A stretch of 64,000 nucleotides of DNA. Origin: Bacteroidales bacterium (lineage in GTDB: Bacteria > Bacteroidota > Bacteroidia > Bacteroidales > VadinHA17). Below are positions 7,658-17,304 of the stretch, in pieces (within the stretch, counting starts at the first letter, position 1; each line of letters opens with the position of its first letter). Location of the stretch: assembly GCA_027028505.1 (NCBI GenBank), contig JALVJE010000153.1, forward strand, positions 731 through 64,730, given 5' to 3'. The notes beneath the pieces were generated by a model. It worked only from the letters and a program-made list of their open reading frames with translations. It made no database searches and was not told the origin of the DNA. Made by a program: the position numbers and the translations under genes.

Positions 7658-9121
7658 CTATTCTTTTACAGGCACATGTTTCAGCGTTTCCACCAGGAAG
7701 TCCCAAAATTTTTGCACCGAAGCAATGTTCACTTTTTCGTCGGGCGAGTGGGGATAGCGGATCGTAGGACCGAAAGAGATCATGTCCAGTCCGGGATATA
7801 CCCCTCCCAGCAGTCCGCACTCCAGACCGGCATGGATGGCCTTGATCTCGGGGATCTTTCCGAACCGGTTGTTGTAGATCTCACGCATCTCTTTCAGGAT
7901 GGGTGAAGCCATATTGGGTTTCCAGCCGGGATATTCTCCGTCGAAGGTCACCTCGCCACCAGCCAGGGAGGCAATGCTGCTGAACACATTTTTCAGGTCT
8001 TCCCGTGCCGTATCCACCGAGCTGCGCAACAGGCACAGCTCCTCGAATGTCCCATTGGACATACGTATCACGGCCACATTGTTGGAGGTCTCTACCAGCC
8101 CCTCCATGTCGGTACTCATACGGATCACCCCATGCGGGCTGGCATACAATGCATCCAGGATCTTTTCCTGCGATTCCGTATCCATGACCTTGGCAGGTGT
8201 CTCGCTACGTTCAGCCGTCACGGTGACCCAGGGATCTGCTGAGCTCAGCTCATCTTTGAGCACCTGCTCCATTTCGGCTATGTATTTCACAAATGCCTCC
8301 GAATTATCTTCCGGAACGGTCACCACGGCATAAGCCTCCCGCGGGATGGCATTGCGCAGATCCCCTCCTTTCATATCCGCTATGCGTATCCTATAAGCCC
8401 GCGCAGCAGTCCACAGGACACGGTTCAGCAATTTATTGGCATTGCCCCGTTCGAGAGCAATATCCACCCCTGAATGTCCCCCTTTCAGGCCGGTGAGGGA
8501 TATTTTGTATCCCACGTGCCCGGCAGGCACTGCCTCTTCCTTATATTTATAAAAGAGATTGGCATTGGTACCACCGGCACAACCCACATACAATTCCCCT
8601 TCATCTTCAGAGTCCAGATTGATCAGGATCTCTCCCTGAAGGATACCGGGCTTCAACCCGAAAGCGCCCGTCATCCCGGTCTCTTCATCAATGGTAAAAA
8701 GCGCCTCAATGGGACCGTGCTGCAAATCTTTGGACTCAAGGACAGCCATGGTGGCAGCCACCCCGATCCCGTTATCGGCCCCCAGCGTAGTGCCCTTGGC
8801 AGTGACCCACTCCCCATCAACATAGGCATCTATGGGATCCTTCTCAAAATCATGATCCACATCATTGTTCTTCTGCGGCACCATATCCAGATGCCCCTGC
8901 AGGATCACCCCCTTGCGGTTCTCCATCCCCGGCGTGGCCGGTTTGCGGATGATCACGTTCCCCACCTCATCCACGATGGTTTCCAGTCCCAAACGTTCAC
9001 CGAACTCTTTCATGAACGCAATGACTTTCTCCTCTTTTTTGGACGGACGGGGTATTTGTGTTAACTCATAAAAATGTTTCCAAACCTCTTTGGGTTCCAG
9101 ATTTAAGATCTCTTTGCTCAT
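7658..9121 (-). CDS. pepD: Aminoacyl-histidine (Xaa-His) dipeptidase, M20 family
   Basis: 487 aa. N-terminal LEPKEVWKHFYELTQIPRPS and metal-site motif GHLDMVPQKN are typical of PepD. Confidence 0.9.
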   Translation of the reverse strand: MSKEILNLEPKEVWKHFYELTQIPRPSKKEEKVIAFMKEFGERLGLETIVDEVGNVIIRKPATPGMENRKGVILQGHLDMVPQKNNDVDHDFEKDPIDAYVDGEWVTAKGTTLGADNGIGVAATMAVLESKDLQHGPIEALFTIDEETGMTGAFGLKPGILQGEILINLDSEDEGELYVGCAGGTNANLFYKYKEEAVPAGHVGYKISLTGLKGGHSGVDIALERGNANKLLNRVLWTAARAYRIRIADMKGGDLRNAIPREAYAVVTVPEDNSEAFVKYIAEMEQVLKDELSSADPWVTVTAERSETPAKVMDTESQEKILDALYASPHGVIRMSTDMEGLVETSNNVAVIRMSNGTFEELCLLRSSVDTAREDLKNVFSSIASLAGGEVTFDGEYPGWKPNMASPILKEMREIYNNRFGKIPEIKAIHAGLECGLLGGVYPGLDMISFGPTIRYPHSPDEKVNIASVQKFWDFLVETLKHVPVKE

Positions 9122-9346
9122 AATGTGCCTCCTGTTTAGTTTTTATTTTATACTGCCGGAATTCCGTTCTTTTTGTTCCGGTAATCCAAATTTTTGTAAA
9201 AGTAAAAAATTTCCTCCGATGGTATGATATTTGCAAACTTTTTATTTTGAACAAATCCAAATAACTAAATATTTATATCTTTGCAATCCAAATGTGAAAA
9301 CACATTTTGAGAGAAAGTTAAAAGTATAATTGATAACAGAGTTAAG

Positions 9347-9877
9347 ATGAAAAGAGCGTTTGTTACATTCGGGATCCTTCTTGTTTTTCTGGGATACGGT
9401 ATGGCACAGGAGGACGGTGTGAAATGGCTGACGATCCAGCAGGCCCAGGAGCTGAACAAAAAAGAGCCCCGCAAATTTTTTATTGATGTATATACCGACT
9501 GGTGCGGCTGGTGTAAGAAAATGGACCAGACCACTTACAAAAATCCGGTCATTGCCAAGATCCTGAATACCAAGTTCTATCCGGTCAAGTTCAATGCCGA
9601 GTCCAAAGAGCCCGTGGAATTTGCCGGACATAAATTTGTCAGTGAGACCAATGGAGGAAGAAGCACACACCAGCTGGCCGTAGCGCTGTTGCAGGGTAAG
9701 CTGGCATTTCCGTCGGTAGCCTACCTGGACGAAAAGTTACAGTTGCTTACGGTAGTCCCGGGATATTTCACTGCCGATGGTCTGGAACCCATCCTCCAGT
9801 ATTTTGCCACCAATGCATACAAAACCACCTCCTGGCAGGATTACCAGAAGAATTTTGTGAGCGAGATCAAAAAGTAG
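9347..9877 (+). CDS. Secreted thioredoxin-fold protein
   Basis: Signal peptide. WCGWCKKM CXXC motif in a thioredoxin-like context. Confidence 0.8.
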   Translation: MKRAFVTFGILLVFLGYGMAQEDGVKWLTIQQAQELNKKEPRKFFIDVYTDWCGWCKKMDQTTYKNPVIAKILNTKFYPVKFNAESKEPVEFAGHKFVSETNGGRSTHQLAVALLQGKLAFPSVAYLDEKLQLLTVVPGYFTADGLEPILQYFATNAYKTTSWQDYQKNFVSEIKK

Positions 9878-10976
9878 ATCGTTTTTTCTCCGGCAGGATC
9901 ACCCGTGCCGGCAATCCGACCTCAGGTCCGAACTGGCAAATGGGTATATGTTTTTCTGCCAGCACCCGGTCACTGTAAACCACACGCACATGGGTCAGGG
10001 CCGGGATACGGTACACCAGCGTATCATGCAGGACACCCCCCTCTGCAGATAACTTCTCTGATACCGTACTTTCCGGAACACTATACTGCAAATAGACCGG
10101 GATCCCCTCACAACCTGTCGTATTGCATATCCCCGTTTCAGGCGAAAACTTGAAAAGTACCGGTTGTTTGGAAGCATCCTCCGGCGTAATGATAAAACGG
10201 TAATACCATTTCTGGGAAACTTTTTTCCCTGTGAACAGGGCAAGATATTCATTCTCCAGACGGGTCATCTCTTTCACGGCAAATTCCAGTGCCTCATCTT
10301 TCGGATACACATCATACTGACCGGCCATCAGCTTGAACCGCCGTTTACGGATCTTGATGATGAAATTGGCCGCTTCTTCCGCTTTCTGGTCCAGGGTCTT
10401 TTTCTCATAGGTCTTCCGCACAACAGGAACACGCACAAAACCGGTATCCTGCATCATGGTACGGTAAACGGTATCTGCCTTTTCATAAAAATTCCTTTTC
10501 ACGGAGAGATCGGTAAAATAGGGTTTACCGTCTGGTTCATCATGGGTCACCTGATAAGCCGGCTCGTCCTGAGGCGGACAGGCTGCCGGATCCAGGATCA
10601 GACCGTTCTTTGTCATCGTCAGGGCATTCTCCGCCAGTATCCCGCTGGTGGTGATAACGAAATATTTTTCAGGATCGGGTTCCCTGAAAGAAGATAGTTC
10701 TGCTTGCTCCAGTGTCCACCGGGTACGTGCTTGGGTCACATAAGGCTTGATACCGAGATATTTCTCGGAATAGGCCCGGAACGGGCCGGGCACATAGATG
10801 TTCTTTACGGCCGTCACGCGCACCACCAGGGAGGTCCTGGGCAACGCATACAGGATCTTTCCGGCCGTCCCGGCACCTGCCTTATAAGGAGCCACCGTGG
10901 TCTGCACTTCCTGTGGCGCATGACAGGAAGAAAGGAATAAAGCGATAAAAAATATACTTAGGATGCTGGTCTTCAT
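9867..10976 (-). CDS. Lipoprotein of unknown function
   Basis: Lipobox FLSSC after a hydrophobic signal sequence. 369-aa ORF with normal composition. I recognise no catalytic motif. Confidence 0.7.
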   Translation of the reverse strand: MKTSILSIFFIALFLSSCHAPQEVQTTVAPYKAGAGTAGKILYALPRTSLVVRVTAVKNIYVPGPFRAYSEKYLGIKPYVTQARTRWTLEQAELSSFREPDPEKYFVITTSGILAENALTMTKNGLILDPAACPPQDEPAYQVTHDEPDGKPYFTDLSVKRNFYEKADTVYRTMMQDTGFVRVPVVRKTYEKKTLDQKAEEAANFIIKIRKRRFKLMAGQYDVYPKDEALEFAVKEMTRLENEYLALFTGKKVSQKWYYRFIITPEDASKQPVLFKFSPETGICNTTGCEGIPVYLQYSVPESTVSEKLSAEGGVLHDTLVYRIPALTHVRVVYSDRVLAEKHIPICQFGPEVGLPARVILPEKKRSTF

Positions 10977-10989
10977 AGGGTGGTTTTTA

Positions 10990-11112
10990 GTTCAGAGTTC
11001 AGAGTTCACAGTTCAAAGTTCACAGTTCAAAGTTCACAGTTCAAAGTTCACAGTTCAGAGTTCAAAGTTTAGAGTTCAAAGTTTAGAGTTCAAAGTTTAG
11101 AGTTCAAAGTTT
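10990..11112. repeat. Heptanucleotide tandem array (~17.5 units, GTTCANA / GTTTAGA)
   Basis: GTTCAGA x2, then (GTTCACA GTTCAAA) x3, GTTCACA, GTTCAGA, then (GTTCAAA GTTTAGA) x3, then GTTCAAA. It fills most of the nnr-lipoprotein spacer. Confidence 0.95.
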
Positions 11113-11126
11113 ATTGGTTTGATGGG

Positions 11127-12653
11127 TCAAAGTGTATGGCTGGAATTTTTTACCCGGAGGAAAGCCTTGCCGAGGTGATCTATGATATCGGAAGCGATCA
11201 GGGCTTCTTCTCCTTTTTCATCGCGGGCCAGGTCGCCGGCCAGACCATGAAGAAAAACCCCGGCCATAGCGGCTTTCGTCGGCGGATACCTTTGTGCCAG
11301 CAGGGAAAGGATAATACCTGTCAGCACATCTCCGCTGCCGGCCGTAGCCATCCCCGGGTTACCGGTCATATTGAACCATATCTCACCTTCCGGTGTGGCA
11401 ATGGCAGTGTGAGCACCTTTGAGCACCACGATCACTTTGTATTTCACTGCAAAATCCATGGCTTTATGGACCCGTTCATAGCCATTGACGGCAGGACCGG
11501 CGAGCCGTTCAAACTCTTTGGGATGGGGTGTGAGCACCGTACCTTCCGGCAACTCTTCATACCATTCCGGATGCAGGGCCAGCATATTGATGGCATCGGC
11601 GTCCAGTACCAGCGGCACCCGGGCACCGGTGATCAGACCGTGTAAAGCTTTTTGGGGGTTGGAACGGGTGCCCAGCGCCGGGCCGGCGCCTACAGCCGAA
11701 TAACCCGTAAGATCAGGCACATCACTGAAAAGGATATCCGAGGGATCATCATCCAGCATCGCTTCCGGTACCGCCGTTTGCATGATGTCATTACCCAGAC
11801 GCGGCACATGAACCGTCAACAGGCCCACGCCGCTGCGCAGGCAGGCCCGTGAAGCCAGTACGGCTGCTCCCATCCGGCCGTATGATCCGGAGATAAGCAT
11901 GGCGTGCCCGTAAGTCCCCTTGTGACTGAACTTACGACGGGGTCGTATCATCCTGCCAACCTCCTCTTCCGTCAGATAATAATAGGGTGTGGGGGTGGAA
12001 GCAATAATATCCGGATGCAGACCGATGTCCAGCACCACCCATTCACCGGCAAAGTCCTCATTCTCCGGAAAAAAGAAAGCCAGCTTGGGAAACTGAAAAG
12101 TAAGGGTGTAACGGGCTTTCAGGATCTTCGTGGGATCGTTGTCCCTATTGTCTTCTCCGAAAAGGCCCGACGGCACATCAATGGCAATGACCACAGCGCC
12201 GGAAGCATTGATACGCGCCACGGCTGTCTCAGGCAGGCCTCTCAGAGGACGGCTCAGTCCCGAGCCGAAGATCCCATCGATCACCAGCACCTCCTCAGGG
12301 ATCTCCGGCAGTTCCTTTTCACGCGTCACCATCGTCACCGGCACCTTGCCCGTTTTCTGAAGACGTTCCAGGTTGGTACGGCAGCTTTTGGAAATATTAT
12401 CGCTAAAACGCAAAAAATAATCGGCTACCTCATAGCCCTCCTGTGCCAGCATACGTGCCAGCGCCAGGCTGTCCCCACCGTTGTTGCCGGGCCCTGTGAA
12501 GACCATCACCCTGTAGTGCCGGTCAAAATGTGCCCTGATCCATTCAAACAGTTTTCCGGCGGCACGCTCCATGAGATCGATGTCGGCAATGGGCTCATGC
12601 TCGATCGTATAAGCGTCGATCCCGTGTACCTCGGATGTCCTGAACAGTTTCAT
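11127..12653 (-). CDS. nnr: Bifunctional NAD(P)H-hydrate repair enzyme (epimerase/ADP-dependent dehydratase)
   Basis: 508 aa. YjeF N-terminal domain (GPGNNGGD) fused to a carbohydrate-kinase-like C-terminal domain (GSGDVLTG). Confidence 0.9.
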   Translation of the reverse strand: MKLFRTSEVHGIDAYTIEHEPIADIDLMERAAGKLFEWIRAHFDRHYRVMVFTGPGNNGGDSLALARMLAQEGYEVADYFLRFSDNISKSCRTNLERLQKTGKVPVTMVTREKELPEIPEEVLVIDGIFGSGLSRPLRGLPETAVARINASGAVVIAIDVPSGLFGEDNRDNDPTKILKARYTLTFQFPKLAFFFPENEDFAGEWVVLDIGLHPDIIASTPTPYYYLTEEEVGRMIRPRRKFSHKGTYGHAMLISGSYGRMGAAVLASRACLRSGVGLLTVHVPRLGNDIMQTAVPEAMLDDDPSDILFSDVPDLTGYSAVGAGPALGTRSNPQKALHGLITGARVPLVLDADAINMLALHPEWYEELPEGTVLTPHPKEFERLAGPAVNGYERVHKAMDFAVKYKVIVVLKGAHTAIATPEGEIWFNMTGNPGMATAGSGDVLTGIILSLLAQRYPPTKAAMAGVFLHGLAGDLARDEKGEEALIASDIIDHLGKAFLRVKNSSHTL

Positions 12654-12812
12654 GGCTGATCCTTTTGTTCTCCCGCAAAGTTAATAAAGAAGAACGTCAT
12701 TCCCATGAGAAAAAAGAAAGATCAACGGATACAGGATTTGTCATTAAAAAAAGATAATTATTTTTGTCAGGTACAGGAACTTTTCATTCTTAACCCTTAA
12801 AACCGGCAGATC

Positions 12813-14465
12813 ATGTTCAAAGGACACCCCAAAGGATTGTATGTTGCTTTTTTTGCCAATATGGGAGAACGTTTCGGCTTCTACACCATGATGGCCATTC
12901 TTGTTCTCTTCCTGCAGGCAAAATACGGACTCTCAGCCGAGAAAGCCGGATCTGTTTACAGCACATTCTATTTTGCCATCTACGGCCTGGCCCTGCTGGG
13001 CGGGATCCTGGCCGATGTCACAGGCAAACTGATGCGTACCATCCTTTCGGGACTGGTCATCATGTTCCTGGGGTATGTGCTGATGTCCATTCCCGGTTTC
13101 GGGCTGGGGGTTTCCCTGACAGCCCTGGGGATCATCGCCTTTGGTAACGGTCTTTTCAAGGGCAACCTGCAGGCGCTGGTAGGTAATCTTTATGAAGATC
13201 CCAAATACTCCCATCTGCGCGACCGGGCCTTCACCATCTTTTACATGGGCATAAACATCGGTGCTTTCTTTGCGCCCAGCGCTGCCACAGGCGTGCGTAA
13301 CTGGTGGCTGAAGACGCACGGCCTCGGTTACAATGCCAACCTACCGCAGCTGGCACACGGTTATCTCAACGGCGAACAGATCGACCTGACCTCTTTTCAG
13401 TCCCTGGCCAACCAGGTCTCCTCTGCCCCCGTCACCGACCTGAAAGCATTCGCTTCCCATTACATCGACGTTTTCAGCCAGGGATATCACCTGGCCTTCG
13501 GCATCGCTGCCATTTCGATGGTCATCTCCCTGATCATTTACCTCGTCCTGAACAAGTACCTCCGGTACGGGGACATTGCCAACAAGAAAAAAGATGAGCT
13601 CCCGCCTTCCATGCAGGAGATCTCCCCCCAGGAGACCCGCCAACGTCTCACCGCCCTGGGCCTGGTATTCATCACGGTCATCTTCTTCTGGATGGCTTTC
13701 CACCAGAACGGCCTGACCCTGACCCTCTTTGCCCGCGACTATATCCGCGAGCATGTCTCCCGCTGGTCTTACATCTTTTTCGACCTGCGTTCATTCCTGC
13801 CCCTGATCTTTGCCATCATCGGACTGATCTATGTGCTGAACAAAAAACTGGATACCCGGTCACGTGTCATCGGCCTGGTGGTCATGGTATCCTCTCTGAT
13901 CCTCTTGTTCTATGTTGTTCAGGGATTCAATAACCAGATGCCCATAGAGCCTGAAAAATTCCAGCATTTCAATCCCATCTTTATCGTATTCCTGACCCCG
14001 GTGGTCGTCTGGTTCTTCGGATGGCTGGATAAGAAAGGCAAGGAGCCTTCCACCCCCCGGAAGATTGCCATCGGGATGTTCCTGGCGGCTGTGGCCTATA
14101 TGTTGCTGGTGATACCCTCCTTCCATCTTCCGGCGCCGAAGGTCATCGGTGATGCCGGATCGCCGGAGAGGATCTCCGAGCAATGGCTCATCTCCACATA
14201 CTTTATTCTCACCATTGCGGAACTCTTCCTGAGCCCCATGGGGATCTCCTTCTTCTCAAAAGTAGCTCCTCCCAAAATGAAAGGATCCATGCAGGGTGTA
14301 TGGCTGGGCGCTACGGCGGTGGGTAACCTGCTGTTGCAGGTAGGCACTTTTTTCTGGGTGCGTCTCGAGCTGTGGCAGGTATGGTCCATTTTCATTGCGG
14401 TCACTTTGCTCTCAGGCCTCTTTATCGTATCCATCATGAAAAAACTTGAAAAAGTTGCGAAATAA
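12813..14465 (+). CDS. Proton-dependent oligopeptide transporter (POT/PTR2 family, MFS)
   Basis: 550 aa and polytopic. N-terminal GERFGFYTMMAILVLFL (ExxERFxYY-type POT signature). Confidence 0.9.
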   Translation: MFKGHPKGLYVAFFANMGERFGFYTMMAILVLFLQAKYGLSAEKAGSVYSTFYFAIYGLALLGGILADVTGKLMRTILSGLVIMFLGYVLMSIPGFGLGVSLTALGIIAFGNGLFKGNLQALVGNLYEDPKYSHLRDRAFTIFYMGINIGAFFAPSAATGVRNWWLKTHGLGYNANLPQLAHGYLNGEQIDLTSFQSLANQVSSAPVTDLKAFASHYIDVFSQGYHLAFGIAAISMVISLIIYLVLNKYLRYGDIANKKKDELPPSMQEISPQETRQRLTALGLVFITVIFFWMAFHQNGLTLTLFARDYIREHVSRWSYIFFDLRSFLPLIFAIIGLIYVLNKKLDTRSRVIGLVVMVSSLILLFYVVQGFNNQMPIEPEKFQHFNPIFIVFLTPVVVWFFGWLDKKGKEPSTPRKIAIGMFLAAVAYMLLVIPSFHLPAPKVIGDAGSPERISEQWLISTYFILTIAELFLSPMGISFFSKVAPPKMKGSMQGVWLGATAVGNLLLQVGTFFWVRLELWQVWSIFIAVTLLSGLFIVSIMKKLEKVAK

Positions 14466-14480
14466 TCAAATCCACAGATC

Positions 14481-15968
14481 ATGAAAAACTTTTTTGTCTC
14501 TCTTCGTCCCGGAGGTCATGCTCTTTTGTTCGCTCTGATCTTGGTGATCCTTTTACCGGGCACCTCCTGTAAAAAGGAACCCGACCGTTCCCGTCCCAAT
14601 GTGGTCATTATTTTCATTGATGATCAGGGCTACGGGGACATAGGCCCCAACGGCGCCATTGATTACATCACCCCCAACATTGACAAGCTGGCAGCCGAGG
14701 GGATGCGTTTCACCAATTTCTATGCGGCACAGGCTGTTTGCAGCGCCTCCCGCGCCGGTCTGCTCACCGGATGTTACCCGAACAGGATCGGTATCAGCGG
14801 CGCCCTGATGCCCTGGGCAAAGATCGGCATCAGCGATCAGGAGATGACCATCGCCCAGCTGCTGAAACAGAAAGGTTATGCCACCGGCATGGTCGGCAAG
14901 TGGCACCTGGGCGACAAGAAACCTTTCCTGCCCCTGCAGCACGGCTTTGACGATTATCTGGGCCTGCCTTACTCCAATGACATGTGGCCGGTGGATTTTG
15001 ACGGAAAACCTATTCCAAAGGATTCCAAGTCCTGGAAAGCGAAATACCCGCCCCTGCCTATTATCGACGGCAACGAAAAAGTGGGCGAGATACGTACCCT
15101 CGACGACCAGGGCAAGCTCACTACCATGTACACCGAACGGGCACTAAAATTCATTGATGAACACCACAACGAGCCTTTCTTTTTATATATGGCCCATTCG
15201 ATGGTACATGTACCCCTTGGCGTTTCTGACAAGTTCAAGGGAAAAAGCAAGCAGGGCATGTTCGGGGATGTGATGATGGAAGTGGACTGGTCAGTTGGAG
15301 AGGTAATGAAAGCCCTCGACAAATACGGTCTGACGGACAACACCCTGGTCATCTACACCAGCGACAATGGTCCGTGGCTCAATTTTGGTAACTGGGCCGG
15401 CTCCACCGGAGGCCTGCGCGAAGGTAAAGGCACCAGCTGGGAAGGGGGTCAGCGCGAACCCTGCATTATGCGGTGGCCGGGAGTCATCCCCGAAGGGACC
15501 ATCTGCAACAAGCTCTCCTCTACCATTGACATCCTGCCCACACTGGCTGAGATCACCGGCGCCAAACTGCCGGACCACATCATCGACGGGGTCAACATCC
15601 TGCCACTGATGAAAGGCGAGGAAAATGCCAATCCCAGAAATGTGTTTTATTACTATTATCAGCGCAACAGTCTCGAAGCTGTACGAAAAGGCCACTGGAA
15701 ACTGGTGCTCCCGCACAAATACCGCAGCTACGAAGGGGTGCCCCCCGGCCACGACGGCTTCCCGGGGCCATATGCCCATGATTCCACAGACCTGGCCCTT
15801 TACAACCTGCGCAGGGACCCGGGCGAGAGATATAACGTGATCGATCAGCACCCTGATGTGGTCAAGGACATTATGATAGAAGTGCAAAAAGCCAGGGAAG
15901 ACTTGGGCGATGATCTCACCGGCAACCCCGGAAAAAACAGACGCCCCCCGGGAAAACTGGAGGAATAG
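14481..15968 (+). CDS. Sulfatase (arylsulfatase A family)
   Basis: Signal peptide. Motif DDQGYGD plus the formylglycine site CSASRAGLLTG. Confidence 0.9.
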   Translation: MKNFFVSLRPGGHALLFALILVILLPGTSCKKEPDRSRPNVVIIFIDDQGYGDIGPNGAIDYITPNIDKLAAEGMRFTNFYAAQAVCSASRAGLLTGCYPNRIGISGALMPWAKIGISDQEMTIAQLLKQKGYATGMVGKWHLGDKKPFLPLQHGFDDYLGLPYSNDMWPVDFDGKPIPKDSKSWKAKYPPLPIIDGNEKVGEIRTLDDQGKLTTMYTERALKFIDEHHNEPFFLYMAHSMVHVPLGVSDKFKGKSKQGMFGDVMMEVDWSVGEVMKALDKYGLTDNTLVIYTSDNGPWLNFGNWAGSTGGLREGKGTSWEGGQREPCIMRWPGVIPEGTICNKLSSTIDILPTLAEITGAKLPDHIIDGVNILPLMKGEENANPRNVFYYYYQRNSLEAVRKGHWKLVLPHKYRSYEGVPPGHDGFPGPYAHDSTDLALYNLRRDPGERYNVIDQHPDVVKDIMIEVQKAREDLGDDLTGNPGKNRRPPGKLEE

Positions 15969-16046
15969 CGATAAAACTGATCGTTTTGAAGCCTTTTTGA
16001 TTATTTTTAGTAATTTAGTTCCGCTATTCTGTTAAACCAATACGGT

Positions 16047-16427
16047 ATGGAACCCATCAACATAGAGGAAACCGTAAAGACCCCGCTGATACGTTATCTC
16101 CCGGAGCTCAACAAGATCGAGATCCATGGAAAATCCATCCCCGAAGACCCGCGGGAGTTCTTTAACCCTATCCTCAAATGGTTCGAAGAGTTTTCCGCTG
16201 CCCCGCCGGAAAATACTACCGTGGAGGTCAAACTGGAGTATTTCAATACCAGCTCCTCCAAAACATTTCTCCAGATCTTTAAAAAACTGGAGAATATCGT
16301 CAGGAAAAAGAAAAACGTGAAGATCAACTGGTATTATGAAGTGGATGACTACGACATGAAAGAGTGCGGAGAAGATTACCGGAGCATGCTGAAAGTCCCC
16401 TTCAAAATGATCGAAGTCCTGGAATGA
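16047..16427 (+). CDS. DUF1987 / SiaC-like small regulatory protein
   Basis: 126 aa. The pattern IHGKSIPEDPREFFNPILKWFEEF ... LEYFNTSSSK matches my recollection of the DUF1987 (SiaC) family. Confidence 0.65.
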   Translation: MEPINIEETVKTPLIRYLPELNKIEIHGKSIPEDPREFFNPILKWFEEFSAAPPENTTVEVKLEYFNTSSSKTFLQIFKKLENIVRKKKNVKINWYYEVDDYDMKECGEDYRSMLKVPFKMIEVLE

Positions 16428-16461
16428 GAAGAAATACGATGACCGAAATGTGCTGCGCCTT

Positions 16462-16521
16462 GAACAAGGAACTGTGAACTACGAACTATGAACTATGAAC
16501 TATGAACTATGAACTATGAAC
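16462..16521. repeat. Heptanucleotide tandem array (8.5 units, GAACTAT; reverse complement of the GTTCA type)
   Basis: GAACAAG GAACTGT GAACTAC, then GAACTAT x5, then GAAC. It is followed immediately by the terminator. Confidence 0.95.
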
Positions 16522-16552
16522 AAAAAAAGGAGGTCCCCGACCTCCTTTTTTT
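16522..16552. terminator. Bidirectional intrinsic terminator
   Basis: An A7 run, then stem GGAGGTC / GACCTCC, then a T7 run. It sits between the convergent SiaC-like gene (+) and the tRNA (-). Confidence 0.8.
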
Positions 16553-16553
16553 G

Positions 16554-16627
16554 TAGCGAGAGAGGGACTTGAACCCTCGACCTCAGGATTATGAATCCTG
16601 CGCTCTAACCAGCTGAGCTACCTCGCC
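16554..16627 (-). tRNA. tRNA with CAT anticodon (elongator tRNA-Met, or tRNA-Ile2 if lysidine-modified)
   Basis: Reverse complement folds as a cloverleaf: GGCGAGG TA GCTC AGCTGGTT AGAGC G CAGGA TTCATAA TCCTG AGGTC GAGGG TTCAAGT CCCTC TCTCGCT A. No encoded CCA. The anticodon stem lacks the initiator GGG/CCC feature. Confidence 0.82.
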
Positions 16628-16857
16628 CTGAAATAAGCGGTGCAAATATACAATTTCCTGCCAAAATGCAATCCTAAAAAACACTTTTCCCCTAAAAATA
16701 CATCTGCACGATCAGGGTATAATATGATCTTTTAAGTTCCTCCCCTTCACCATCGTGTAGCCCGGATTTTTATCCCTTTAAAAAAAACAGGAAAAATTTT
16801 TTTTCTTTATATTTTTCCTATATTGCAGACAAACAGATATTCTTTTTAATCAAGCCG

Positions 16858-17235
16858 ATGAAAACAAAATACGAACTGGAATATACGATCAATACCTCCC
16901 CCAATGTCCTTTTTAACAGGCTGAGCACAGCCGGTGGTCTTTGTGAATGGTTTGCCGACGATGTATATGTGGACGGGGATATCTTCACTTTCATCTGGGA
17001 AGGAACAGAACAGAAAGCCCGCATGACCGGGCTGAAAGAGAATAAATATGTCCGTTTCCACTGGCAGGATGACGATGACCCGAGGTCCTACTTCGAGTTC
17101 CGTATCAATATCGATGAACTTACCAAAGATGTTGCCCTGATGGTAACTGATTTTGCCGAAGATGATGAAAAAGACGATGCTGTCGACCTCTGGAATACCC
17201 AGATCGCCGAACTCAAAAGGAACCTGGGCCTTTGA
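16858..17235 (+). CDS. SRPBCC/START-like (AHSA1-type) domain protein
   Basis: 125 aa. The pattern and size resemble small START-like domain proteins of Bacteroidota. The long antisense ORF 16846..18096 is rejected. Confidence 0.65.
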   Translation: MKTKYELEYTINTSPNVLFNRLSTAGGLCEWFADDVYVDGDIFTFIWEGTEQKARMTGLKENKYVRFHWQDDDDPRSYFEFRINIDELTKDVALMVTDFAEDDEKDDAVDLWNTQIAELKRNLGL

Positions 17236-17304
17236 CCCTTTTCCCCCTGCCTGAAATATCTTACTTTTGTTCACGTTCCTTAAACGTAATCCATTGCCCC
17301 CGGC

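Noticed and set aside
10990-11112. CRISPR interpretation of the tandem arrays (also 52765-52967, 3667-3866 and 16462-16521)
   Set aside because: The units are 7-12 nt with no unique spacers of about 30 nt, there are no cas genes, and the arrays are contiguous. They are not CRISPR.
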